A stretch of DNA of 64,000 nt. It comes from a bacterium (lineage in GTDB: Bacteria; Zixibacteria; MSB-5A5; GN15; FEB-12). The translations under genes and the position numbers were made by a program. The stretch is from the NCBI GenBank assembly GCA_043811375.1, contig JBDRNJ010000044.1:4575-68574 (forward strand). The letters are read 5' to 3'. Shown here in pieces: positions 40,149 to 49,668 of this stretch (position 1 is the stretch's first letter; every line of letters starts with the position of its first letter). The notes under the pieces were generated by a model. That model was not told where the DNA came from. It saw nothing but the letters and a program-made list of their open reading frames with translations, and ran no database searches.

Positions 40149-41462
40149 ATGACAAAGAAAAAGAAATTACTGCTGATCATCGGTGGCGGTGTCCTGCTGG
40201 TTGTCATTGTAGTGCTCAATCTTACAATGAGCACTTCCCACAGCACTTCGGTGCAGGCGGAGACGACCCGGATGCGCGACATCGTGGAAACTGTATCGGC
40301 CTCGGGCCGCATACAGCCACAGACGAAAGTTGACATTACCTCGGAGATCAACGGCGAGATAATCGGGCTGTATGCCCGCGAGGGAGACCAGGTGCAAAGC
40401 GGCAATTTGCTGGTCGTGCTGGACACCGTGCAATTGCGTTCCGACGTTGACCAGGCCCGTTATGCCGTCAATGAGATCAACGCTCGTCTGGAGGGCGCCG
40501 AGACTCAACTTGGCCAGGCACGAGAAGAATTCGAACGTCAGCAGCGCCTCTTCGAGGGGAACCTGACTTCAGAAACTGTCTTCAACAACGCCAACTATAG
40601 CTACCTGAACACCAAATCTACTTTCGAAGCCACCAAAGCACAGGCGCAGCAGTTTCAGGCGCGTTACGAAAAACAACTCGATTACCTCAGTAAGGCCAAG
40701 ATAGTCGCGCCCATGAGCGGTATTATCACTTACGTGGACTGCGAAGTGGGCGAGATTGCCGCCGCGCAAACAGCGTTCACTCAGGGCAAAACGCTTTTGA
40801 CCATTGCCAACCTTGATGTCTTTGAGGTCGAGGTTGAGGTCGATGAAACGGAAATCACCAAGATTGAACTGTCGCAGGAAGCCGAAATCGAGGTCGATGC
40901 CTTCCCGGACACCACTTTCCCGGGCGAAGTCGTGGAAATCGGCAACACCGCCATATTGTCCGGTCTTGGCTCCCAGGATCAATCGACCAACTTCCGCGTC
41001 AAGGTGATCTTCAAAGACCCCAACGTCAAGATTCGACCGGGCATGTCGGCCACCGTCGATATCACAACCGCTCATCGCGATAAGGCATTATCGATTCCAT
41101 ACAGCGCCGTTGTCGTGCGTTCTTTCAACCTTGATTCGCTGGAGCGCGCTCGAACCGCTGAGGAGACAGCCGACAGTTCTCCCGGAGTCAGCGAGGTACA
41201 TGCGGCCGAACAGTCTGAGGAAGATACTGTCACCTTTGACGAAGAAACTGAACGCGAGGAACTCAAGGGCGTCTTTGTGATCAGGGAGGGCAAGGTCAGT
41301 TTCGTCGAAATCGAAACCGGCGTGGCCGACCAGAAGAATATCGAGGTCACCTCCGGTCTGACCGAGGGTGATTCGGTCGTCTCTGGTCCCTACCGGGTGT
41401 TGAGAACAATAAAGGATGATGACGACGTGACCATCATTAAAAAGCATGGAGGAAATCAATAG
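40149..41462 (+). CDS. efflux periplasmic adaptor (HlyD/MacA-type membrane fusion protein)
   Basis: N-terminal TM helix, then lipoyl, coiled-coil and beta-barrel pattern (...[12 protein letters not shown]..., ...[11 protein letters not shown]...). Confidence 0.85.
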   Translation: MTKKKKLLLIIGGGVLLVVIVVLNLTMSTSHSTSVQAETTRMRDIVETVSASGRIQPQTKVDITSEINGEIIGLYAREGDQVQSGNLLVVLDTVQLRSDVDQARYAVNEINARLEGAETQLGQAREEFERQQRLFEGNLTSETVFNNANYSYLNTKSTFEATKAQAQQFQARYEKQLDYLSKAKIVAPMSGIITYVDCEVGEIAAAQTAFTQGKTLLTIANLDVFEVEVEVDETEITKIELSQEAEIEVDAFPDTTFPGEVVEIGNTAILSGLGSQDQSTNFRVKVIFKDPNVKIRPGMSATVDITTAHRDKALSIPYSAVVVRSFNLDSLERARTAEETADSSPGVSEVHAAEQSEEDTVTFDEETEREELKGVFVIREGKVSFVEIETGVADQKNIEVTSGLTEGDSVVSGPYRVLRTIKDDDDVTIIKKHGGNQ

Positions 41463-41464
41463 CG

Positions 41465-42169
41465 ATGGCTATGATTGAAACCAATGACCTGTGGAAGACC
41501 TACGAGATGGGTGCCGAAACGGTACACGCTCTTCGAGGAGTAACGATCAGCATTGACAAGGGTGAATATGTAGCCATCATGGGTCCCTCCGGGTCCGGGA
41601 AATCGACTCTGATGAATCTGGTGGGTTGTCTCGACACCCCCAGCAAGGGCGAGTACTACCTCAACAGTAAACGGGTCAGCCACATGGACGACGATGAACT
41701 GGCCAATATCCGCAACCGCGAAATTGGGTTTGTTTTCCAGACCTTCAACCTGTTGCCTCGGGCTACGGCTCTTCACAATGTGGAACTGCCCCTGGTGTAC
41801 AATGGTTCGGCCGCCGGTACCCGCCGAACACAGGCCGAATCAGCATTGCAGAAAGTGGGGCTGGGCGATCGTATGCTTCACAAACCCAGTGAATTGTCGG
41901 GCGGTCAGCGACAACGCGTAGCCGTGGCCAGGGCACTGGTCAACAATCCGTCGCTTATACTGGCTGACGAACCGACCGGCAATCTGGACAGCAAAACCTC
42001 GGTGGAGATCATGAAGCTCCTGAGTCAGCTTCATGAAATAGGAAACACTATCATTGTAGTCACTCACGAGGAGAGCATCGCTCGGCGAGCCAATCGTGTA
42101 CTGTCAATCCTTGATGGCGAGATCGCCTCTGACGAGCGGACATCTTCCGGGTCAGCGGTTATGGAGTAA
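41465..42169 (+). CDS. ABC transporter ATP-binding protein (MacB-type, stand-alone)
   Basis: Walker [10 protein letters not shown], signature [15 protein letters not shown] and Walker [13 protein letters not shown]. Confidence 0.9.
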   Translation: MAMIETNDLWKTYEMGAETVHALRGVTISIDKGEYVAIMGPSGSGKSTLMNLVGCLDTPSKGEYYLNSKRVSHMDDDELANIRNREIGFVFQTFNLLPRATALHNVELPLVYNGSAAGTRRTQAESALQKVGLGDRMLHKPSELSGGQRQRVAVARALVNNPSLILADEPTGNLDSKTSVEIMKLLSQLHEIGNTIIVVTHEESIARRANRVLSILDGEIASDERTSSGSAVME

Positions 42170-42177
42170 CCGAAGTT

Positions 42178-43401
42178 ATGGTTTCCCTTGCCTTGGTGAA
42201 GATTGCCTTTAGTGCCCTGTTGGCCAACAAACTGCGATCAGGGCTGACACTCCTGGGTGTGCTGATCGGCGTTACTTCGGTGATGACGATTATCTCGGCT
42301 CTGGAGGGAATGATGCAGGGCATTGAGGATGATCTGAGCCGACTGGGGCCGTCGACGTTCATTGTGTCCCGTTTTGGTGGTGTCATTACATCCGAAGAGC
42401 AGTACCTGGAAATGATCAAACGCAAGCACCTCAAATTGAGCACCATGAAGTACATCGAGGAGGGTTGCGACTTGTGTGAGAAGGTCTGCCCACGCGCAGG
42501 CACCTATCAACGCATAAAATACCGCGATCGAGCACTTAGAAGTGTGCCCGTCAGGGCTGCATCGGCGGATTTCATTGACATCATTGATATCAACGTGGCC
42601 CAGGGCAGGTTCTACAGCCGCGAGGACGACCTCCATCGAAGGCAGGTCGTGTTTATTGGTGACCTGATTCGCGAGGAGTTCTTCGAGGGGGTCGATCCTC
42701 TCGGGAAAGAAATAAACATCAGCGGCCGCAAGTATACCGTTATCGGTGTCGCCAAAAAGAGAGGATCAACCTTCGGCCAAAACGATGATAATTTTGTGAT
42801 GGTACCGTTTTCCGCCTTTGTCAAGCAATTCGGTGAACCCCGCCGCAGCCTGCGCTTTATTGTCAAGGCGATCTCGGTCGAAAAACTTGAGGAAGCGATG
42901 GATCAGGTGCGGATGGTGATGCGCGCAAAGCGTCATGTTCCGTTCGACAAACCTGATGATTTCTCTTTGGTTACAGCCGACAATGTCCTGGAAGCGCTCA
43001 ACACTTTTACGCGTATATTCCGTCTGGCCCTGGTGGGTATCTCGTCAATCTCACTGGTTGTCGGCGGGATCGTGGTCATGAACATCATGATGGTCTCGGT
43101 CACCGAACGGACCCGCGAGATCGGCATCAGGAAATCGGTTGGCGCCAGGCGGAGACACATACTGTTGCAGTTTCTCTTTGAGGCGCTGATGACAACGTTA
43201 ACCGGGGGCATAATAGGCATCGCGCTTGGTTTTCTGGTTGCCAAGTGGCTGGTAGGTATGATCGATGCCGAAATATCTGTCTCGGTCTTTGCCATTACCG
43301 CCGGGCTGAGTATATCCGTAGGTATCGGAGTCATTTTCGGTATCTATCCCGCCATGAAGGCGGCTCGGTTGGATCCCATCAAAGCGCTTAGTTATGAATA
43401 A
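42178..43401 (+). CDS. ABC transporter permease, MacB/FtsX type
   Basis: MacB_PCD-like periplasmic domain plus FtsX C-terminal bundle (...TREIGIRKSVGARRRHIL...). Confidence 0.85.
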   Translation: MVSLALVKIAFSALLANKLRSGLTLLGVLIGVTSVMTIISALEGMMQGIEDDLSRLGPSTFIVSRFGGVITSEEQYLEMIKRKHLKLSTMKYIEEGCDLCEKVCPRAGTYQRIKYRDRALRSVPVRAASADFIDIIDINVAQGRFYSREDDLHRRQVVFIGDLIREEFFEGVDPLGKEINISGRKYTVIGVAKKRGSTFGQNDDNFVMVPFSAFVKQFGEPRRSLRFIVKAISVEKLEEAMDQVRMVMRAKRHVPFDKPDDFSLVTADNVLEALNTFTRIFRLALVGISSISLVVGGIVVMNIMMVSVTERTREIGIRKSVGARRRHILLQFLFEALMTTLTGGIIGIALGFLVAKWLVGMIDAEISVSVFAITAGLSISVGIGVIFGIYPAMKAARLDPIKALSYE

Positions 43402-43413
43402 CGGGGTTTCGCT

Positions 43414-44664
43414 ATGTTTCTGACAACTGTAGAAATCAGGGATTCCATCCTGATGGCACTGGATTCCCTGCGTTCCAACAAGCTGCGCTCCTTTCTCACC
43501 ATCCTCGGGGTGACGATCGGTGTGGGTGCGGTCATCAGCCTGGCATCCGTTATCGGTGGGTTGGACGGCGCCATGAACCAGGAAATTGACAAGCTGGGTT
43601 CCAATGCCATTTATATTACCAAGTTTCCTTTCGATGTCGACTACGACGGACTTACCGATGAGGAACGCAACCGGCGTCCCATAACCTCCGGTGAAGCGGA
43701 TGCGATCAATGCCGATTGTCCCACCGTTGACGGAGTGTCGCCACAAAATTACTATTTCCGTCCCGGCGGCAATGAGATCAAGTACAAGAATCGCAAAGCC
43801 CCCCGGGCTTACGTGCTGGGTACCTGGCCTGACTACCTGAGTGTCAATAACAGTTCCATTGAGGTCGGACGCTTCATTACCGACAACGATGAGCGATTCC
43901 GGCGCATGGTTTGTGTTCTGGGATCGGAGGTGGCTCAGGCGTTGTTTGAAGACGAGGACCCGGTCGACAAGGAAATCCGGGTCAACTCAGTCAAGTTCAC
44001 CGTGATCGGGGTCCTGGAAAAGCGCGAGTCAAATTTTGACGCCGATGATGAAAACAAATACGTGACCATACCACTGTCGGTATTCCAGAATATCTATCAC
44101 TGGGAAGAAGAGCTCTTCCTGGTAGCGCGTGCCCGCAACTATGAGGAGATTGACAAGGCCAAAGAAGAGATCATCAACGCGCTGCGCGTTTATCGCAAAG
44201 TGCCGTTCAACAAAGCCAACAACTTCGCCCTCTCCACGCAGGATACTTTCAAGGATTTCATCGGCAATATCACCAAGTATATCTATATGGCCATGATTAC
44301 CATCACCTCGGTGGGGCTGATGGTGGGCGGGATCGGAGTGATGAACATCATGCTGGTATCGGTGACGGAAAGGACAAGGGAAATCGGTGTCCGCAAGGCT
44401 ATCGGCGCCAAGCGAGCCAACATCCTGTCGCAATTCCTGACCGAAGCTATGACTCTCTCAGGTACCGGCGGAATTATAGGCATCATCGCCGGGGTGGGCG
44501 TTGGGATGCTGGCCAATATGCTCATCGGCTTTCCGCTCTCGGTCTCCCCGTTCTGGATTACCCTGGGTTTTGTGGTTGCGGTTTCAGTGGGATTGATCTC
44601 GGGAATCTATCCGGCCATGAAAGCCGCTCGGCTGGATCCGATTGAAGCTCTGAGATACGAGTAG
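43414..44664 (+). CDS. ABC transporter permease, MacB/FtsX type
   Basis: Paralogue of 42178-43401 (...TREIGVRKAIGAKRANIL...). Confidence 0.85.
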   Translation: MFLTTVEIRDSILMALDSLRSNKLRSFLTILGVTIGVGAVISLASVIGGLDGAMNQEIDKLGSNAIYITKFPFDVDYDGLTDEERNRRPITSGEADAINADCPTVDGVSPQNYYFRPGGNEIKYKNRKAPRAYVLGTWPDYLSVNNSSIEVGRFITDNDERFRRMVCVLGSEVAQALFEDEDPVDKEIRVNSVKFTVIGVLEKRESNFDADDENKYVTIPLSVFQNIYHWEEELFLVARARNYEEIDKAKEEIINALRVYRKVPFNKANNFALSTQDTFKDFIGNITKYIYMAMITITSVGLMVGGIGVMNIMLVSVTERTREIGVRKAIGAKRANILSQFLTEAMTLSGTGGIIGIIAGVGVGMLANMLIGFPLSVSPFWITLGFVVAVSVGLISGIYPAMKAARLDPIEALRYE

Positions 44665-44680
44665 ACCCCAAAACAAGAGC

Positions 44681-44954
44681 CTGTGTCATTATAAAGTTTC
44701 CTCAGGTCTGCAACCGACGAAATCAGTAGTGAGCGACTAAGTCGGGAGTGTGATCTGACGACCATCCCACAAGTCCGGGTTTCTTGCGCCGTCACGAATC
44801 CTTTCGTAACGGCTACATTTTGTGCGCTCAGGAGAGGATTCCTGGCCGCACGTAAAATATGGCAATGCCGATAAATGTGGCGATGCCACCGGTCGGGTCA
44901 CAACTCGCACCGAGGTGAGCCAGATCCCAACCGAACAAACGGATTGTGACACAG
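44681..44954. repeat. intergenic repeat family B, copy B2 (expanded)
   Basis: Same conserved blocks as B1, plus an 18-nt and a roughly 85-nt internal insertion. Ends are inverted: CTGTGTCA (44681-44688) / TGACACAG (44946-44953). Confidence 0.75.
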
Positions 44955-45054
44955 TCTGCAAATTGGGGGCAAAATATTTTTGTAATTGCGACAGGGGTAG
45001 TGCGTCTGTAGATTGGAAATGCTTGGTCAGCGGTTGATCAGGAAGTGCTTTACT

Positions 45055-46380
45055 ATGAATAAATCTGCTCTTCACATATCCCGGCTGATGTGGCTTCTGT
45101 TCCTGCTGCCATCTCTGTTGCAAGGTCAGTTGTCCTCCGGAGAGGGTCGCTCGCAATCGGCCGGATTACTGGTCGATTATGCCTCCTTTGCCTCTGACAG
45201 CGCCGGGGATATCCGCCTGGAGTTATATTGCCGCCTTCCCAATAAAGCGCTGCAGTTTCAGAAAACAGAAACCGGCTTCGTGGCTCGTTACGAGTTGGCC
45301 GTCTCAGTGAAGGGTGACCGGGACCGGCAACTGGCGGTCGCTTCAAAAGCGGGGGAGATCCACGCCACCAGTGAACAGCAAGCCATGTCGGCTGTTGACT
45401 TCCGTATCAGACAGTTCAACTTTGATTTGCCGCCCGGCAAATATCGAGCCGTCATCAGACTCACCGACGAAAATTCCTCCCTCACCCGAACCAACGATCT
45501 GGATGTGAAATTGCGTGATTTCGACAGCGAATCACCCGGTCTGTCCGATATAGAACTGGTTCGGTTTTCAGAACCGTCGAACCAGGATACCGGCAGTTTC
45601 ACCAAGGGAGACTTGACGGTAATTCCATCGGTAACCGGCAACTACGGGGGAGATGCCGGTCGACCGCTGCAGTTTTATCTGGAGGTATACCAGGGTCAAG
45701 GCAAATCGGAGCGGGCTCGCATCGAGACCATCCTGCGACCCGGGAAGGGAAGAATGATCTACCGGGATTCGACCACCGTGGAGTTCGACACACCGCTGAT
45801 ACGGCAGATACGGCAGGTGTCCCTGACCGACTTTCCTCCCGGAGACTATGAACTGGTGGTATTGCTGAAGGGACGCCGGGGAAAGAAACTGGCCGTTCGC
45901 TACAAGGATTTTCACATTGCCTGGTCGGTCGAGGCGGCTCTGCGACATGACTTCCAGGCAGCCGTGGATCAACTGAGTTATATCGCCTCCAACGAGGAAA
46001 TTCAGGAACTGAAACGCCCAAAGACTTTCGAGGACCGATTACAGGCCTTCCAGGAGTTCTGGCTCAAACACGATCCCACACCGGAAACGCCGGAAAACGA
46101 ACTGAAATCCTCGTTTTATCACCGGATAACGATAGCCAACCAGCGGTTCACTGCCATGGGTCGCTCCGGTTGGCAGACAGATCGCGGACGTATCTATATT
46201 CAGTACGGTGAGCCTGATCAAATCGAAGACAACCCGATCGCTCTCAGCGGACCCCCTTATCAGTACTGGCATTACTACCGTCACGGTTCCTACCGTAAGT
46301 TTACTTTTGTGGACGAACATGAAGATGGAGACTACCGACTGCTGTTCCCATACGACGGTCTCCATCAACGACCGAATTGA
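45055..46380 (+). CDS. GWxTD domain-containing secreted protein
   Basis: Signal peptide MNKSALHISRLMWLLFLLPSLLQGQ. C-terminal GWQTDRGRIYIQYGEPDQIE motif. Confidence 0.8.
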   Translation: MNKSALHISRLMWLLFLLPSLLQGQLSSGEGRSQSAGLLVDYASFASDSAGDIRLELYCRLPNKALQFQKTETGFVARYELAVSVKGDRDRQLAVASKAGEIHATSEQQAMSAVDFRIRQFNFDLPPGKYRAVIRLTDENSSLTRTNDLDVKLRDFDSESPGLSDIELVRFSEPSNQDTGSFTKGDLTVIPSVTGNYGGDAGRPLQFYLEVYQGQGKSERARIETILRPGKGRMIYRDSTTVEFDTPLIRQIRQVSLTDFPPGDYELVVLLKGRRGKKLAVRYKDFHIAWSVEAALRHDFQAAVDQLSYIASNEEIQELKRPKTFEDRLQAFQEFWLKHDPTPETPENELKSSFYHRITIANQRFTAMGRSGWQTDRGRIYIQYGEPDQIEDNPIALSGPPYQYWHYYRHGSYRKFTFVDEHEDGDYRLLFPYDGLHQRPN

Positions 46381-46396
46381 GATAAAAGGAATTACC

Positions 46397-47845
46397 ATGT
46401 TATTAGTGCGTATAGCTGCCGTGATCCTCATTGGGTGCGGTCTGGCAGGTTCGGTATCGACCGAAACAGCTGCCTCCGACATTGATTCTCAACTGACCAT
46501 CTATGCCGGGGTTATCACCTACCCCAATCCTGACTATGATTCGCTGACTTTAGTTGAGATTTCCTTCTCGCTCAATCGCCATCAGTTGACCTTCTACCGG
46601 CAGGACTCCAGTCAGTCGGACCTGTATGCCTACATCCACGCTCGCTTGGATTTCTATGATACAACCGGAGCAGAGGTTGATTCCGTAAGCACCTTTTTCT
46701 CGGTCAGAGTCGACTCGCGGGAAGAAGCAGCTCAACCGGGTTACCGGGTCTTTAACCGCTTGGTGCGTTTCTTTCGGCCGGGTCGTTACTCAGCGCATCT
46801 GACGGTAACCAACGTGGCCGACGACCGCCGGGGGGAAGTTGCCCTGGATGATTTTGACGTGGAACCGGCCGACACAGAGAGACTCACTTTAGGAGGTGTC
46901 AGTCTGGCCTACAACGTTGATTTCGTCGGTGACGACTACCTGGGAACGAATGCTCGGTTGATCAAGAACGGTTATCTGGTGATTCAGAATCCGGCTGCCT
47001 TATACAGTCCCGAAGAAGATACCGTCGCCTGGGTCTATGGTGAGTTGTACAATCTGGACTACGCCCCGGAGAATCCTTCCAGCTACGAGTTGTCGTATGC
47101 CGTTTTGAATTCCGACTCCAGCCTGTATCTCAACCTGGGCAGCGTGGCGGTAGTGAAACCGGGGCGCACGGCGGTAATTACCGAATCGATAGATATCGTT
47201 GGCTGGCCTGCCGGGCGCTACTACCTGCGTCTGGCCGCTCGTGATCAGACTACCGGTGAGACGGACACAACCCTGGTTTCGTTTATCATACTGCTGTCGC
47301 GGGAAGCTATGCTGGCATCACTCAAACCGCACAGCAGTGACCCTTATGACACCCTCAGCCTCGAAGTTAAGATCCAATTGGCTACACACTTCCTGACGCC
47401 GGAGGAGAAAATAACCCTGAAGCGTCTGACCAACCTCGGCAAAGTTAATTTCCTTAAGCAATTCTGGAGAGAACGTGACGAAACTCCCGCCACTGATATC
47501 AATGAGTACCGTCTCGAATTGATCGAACGCTTCGAATATTGTAATCGGCGTTTCTCCAACTACGAAGACCGATCGGACGGCTGGTCTACCGACCGCGGCC
47601 GCATATATATTGTATATGGCCCCTGGGAAGAGATCGAAGACAAGCAGTCACCACTGGTGGACGACGCCTATCAGATTTGGTACTATCACTCCCTCAGGGA
47701 AGGCAAGTACTTCGTCTTTCAGGACATCACCGGCAGCTTCGACTACCGCCTGGTACACTCTAACGTATATGGCGAGATCTACTCCCGGGGATGGCAGGAC
47801 ATCATAGACCGGGGACTGGAGTCGGATCGGCCGCTGGACTATTGA
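46397..47845 (+). CDS. GWxTD domain-containing secreted protein (paralogue)
   Basis: Start at MLLVRIAAVILIGCGLAGS (AAAGGA RBS). C-terminal GWSTDRGRIYIVYGPWEEIE motif. Confidence 0.8.
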   Translation: MLLVRIAAVILIGCGLAGSVSTETAASDIDSQLTIYAGVITYPNPDYDSLTLVEISFSLNRHQLTFYRQDSSQSDLYAYIHARLDFYDTTGAEVDSVSTFFSVRVDSREEAAQPGYRVFNRLVRFFRPGRYSAHLTVTNVADDRRGEVALDDFDVEPADTERLTLGGVSLAYNVDFVGDDYLGTNARLIKNGYLVIQNPAALYSPEEDTVAWVYGELYNLDYAPENPSSYELSYAVLNSDSSLYLNLGSVAVVKPGRTAVITESIDIVGWPAGRYYLRLAARDQTTGETDTTLVSFIILLSREAMLASLKPHSSDPYDTLSLEVKIQLATHFLTPEEKITLKRLTNLGKVNFLKQFWRERDETPATDINEYRLELIERFEYCNRRFSNYEDRSDGWSTDRGRIYIVYGPWEEIEDKQSPLVDDAYQIWYYHSLREGKYFVFQDITGSFDYRLVHSNVYGEIYSRGWQDIIDRGLESDRPLDY

Positions 47846-47861
47846 GATTGCTGAACCGGAT

Positions 47862-47892
47862 AAAAAAAAGCCGCCCGATGGCGGCCTTTTTA
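47862..47892. terminator. bidirectional rho-independent terminator between convergent genes
   Basis: A8 tract, then GCCGCC-CGAT-GGCGGC, then CTTTTT. Confidence 0.75.
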
Positions 47893-47908
47893 TTGACGTT
47901 ATTGGTTA

Positions 47909-48670
47909 CTAAGGAGTACCCTTCTTAACCTGGCCCGGTTTCGGCGGTGGCGTGGATTTGGCTATATGAAGCGACCGCTTGACCGGTATCGTAAACCGGG
48001 ACACTTCCTTGTCTTCGGCTCCCACAACTTCGATCGTAACCGACTTCTCAAACGAGTCGCCGAATGTCGCTTCTAACAATTTCAGACGCCCTTGTCCGCT
48101 CTTGCCCGGTTTGATTGACTTCGGTACCTCGATTTCGAACAAACCCTCGGGCATACCAACCACCGACAATTCCAGCTTCTGATCGGATACGTTGGCTATT
48201 TCAAATTTCTTGTCCTTAATGATCTTTTCGCTGAACTGGGACAAGTCCAGTTTGTATGGTTGGATAACGATCGGATAGGTCGAATCCGGTCGCTCTGTTA
48301 TGTGTGAGATAATCTCGACTCTCTTGTCGGGCGGTCCTTCGTTTGTTTGAATCTGTGGCCGCTTGGTTATGCGCTTTTTATATTTCTTCGTATGAAAGAT
48401 TATCTCCAGCCGGGTGCTGTCACCGACAGCAAGCACGTTGTTTTCCAACGGTGCTTTGGTGCAGCCTCACCCAGGTTTGATGGTCAGAATCCGGAGGGTG
48501 TCGTCGCCTTCCGAGTGCAGCCAGAAAACATGGCTCACAACCGCGTTCTGGGGCACAAACCCGAAATCAAAGGACGAAATCGGGATCGTCAGCCGGGGTG
48601 CAGTGTGCCCTGTGGCCACCAACAGCAGCAGCAGAACCACCGCAATAATCAGAAGCTTCAGACTATTCAT
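47909..48670 (-). CDS. DUF1573 protein with a single in-frame TGA at the CGCT-motif cysteine (candidate selenoprotein, or nonsense pseudogene)
   Basis: ORFs 48467-48670 and 47909-48448 are in the same frame. Read-through gives FDFGFVPQNAVVSHVFWLHSEGDDTLRILTIKPG[TGA]GCTKAPLENNVLAVGDSTRLEIIF, the DUF1573 signature with TGA in place of the first Cys of SCGCT. Confidence 0.6.
48433..48454 (-). promoter_or_regulatory. SECIS-like hairpin candidate downstream of the in-frame UGA
   Basis: mRNA reads UGA, 12 nt, then GCAC(C)GUUG-GAAAA-CAACGUGC. That is 8 bp with one bulged C and a 5-nt loop starting with G. Confidence 0.25.
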
Positions 48671-48733
48671 AGGAAACGTTATTCCTTTCTCTCAATTCGA
48701 TCATGTTCTATACTCTATTTTCGCCAGATCAGG

Positions 48734-49435
48734 TTATTCTTTTACTAGGTAAAATTTCCTCTCAACCGGAATTGTAAAATGAGTCTTGGGCTTGTCCGAT
48801 ACCAGCAGGGTTATCGAAGTCTTAAACTCAGTATCAGCATACTCCGGTTTCAGTTTAATCCAGCCGGTATCCTGGGTGTTGGCTCGGATACTGTCAGGTA
48901 TGGATATCACGCATTGCTCCGGCAGGTCTGAAATCAAAGTTACCGTCAGATCAAACTTGGAATGATTGGTGAAAACGAAACTGAGACTGTCAATATCCTT
49001 ACGCTCAGATTTAGCAAACAGAAAACGGTAGGGTGTTGATGAAATCGGACGAATCGAATCCGGGTACATAAGGACAACACCCTTCAGGTGCAGTCGCAGA
49101 GGATCAGGACCACCGTTGGTAAAGATTCTGGCGATACGGTTTATGCCGCCCCGGTGCTTCTCGATATCCCAATGGATGCTCACCTTCATGCTGTCACCGG
49201 GTGCGATCTGCTCCCGCTCCAGAGGCATTACGGCACAGGCACAACCGGTCTTGACCTCCTTGATCACCACCGTGTCAGTTCCGATTGACTTAAACCAGAA
49301 ACTGTGTACCAGACGGGCTCGTTGAGGTGTATAGCCAAAGTCATACATCGGCGTTGAACATGCCAACTGAGGTTGCGAACAAACATCGGCGGCGGCCACC
49401 AGAGTTACGGCCAGAATAATCAAAATATTTTTCAT
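48734..49435 (-). CDS. DUF1573 domain-containing secreted protein
   Basis: Signal peptide. YDFGYTPQRARLVHSFWFKSIGTDTVVIKEVKTGCACAV matches the DUF1573 pattern, with CAC in the CxC position. Confidence 0.8.
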   Translation of the reverse strand: MKNILIILAVTLVAAADVCSQPQLACSTPMYDFGYTPQRARLVHSFWFKSIGTDTVVIKEVKTGCACAVMPLEREQIAPGDSMKVSIHWDIEKHRGGINRIARIFTNGGPDPLRLHLKGVVLMYPDSIRPISSTPYRFLFAKSERKDIDSLSFVFTNHSKFDLTVTLISDLPEQCVISIPDSIRANTQDTGWIKLKPEYADTEFKTSITLLVSDKPKTHFTIPVERKFYLVKE

Positions 49436-49668
49436 GCTACACTTATAGCTAATGGTTTTCTCATTCGTTCCCGAACACTGCTAAATATATATGCAAAACA
49501 GACGGTATAGTCAAGCCACTTGTGAACTCTTCCATAGTGACGGAGCCTTCTAAGCTACAGCCTGACCGGCAATTGCTGCATTCGACAGAGCCTGAAATAC
49601 TTTATGTTTCTGCCGCCCACAGCAATGGGAATTGGAGTCGGTGTGCCCGAGCCGGGTCTGAACGGTCC

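Noticed and set aside
48467-48469. Possibility that TGA is globally reassigned (for example to Gly or Trp, as in some candidate phyla), which would explain the in-frame TGA in the DUF1573 gene.
   Set aside because: Many well-supported genes in the window terminate at TGA at the expected protein end, including all four genes of the 23006-25870 operon. TGA is therefore a normal stop here, and any read-through must be site-specific.
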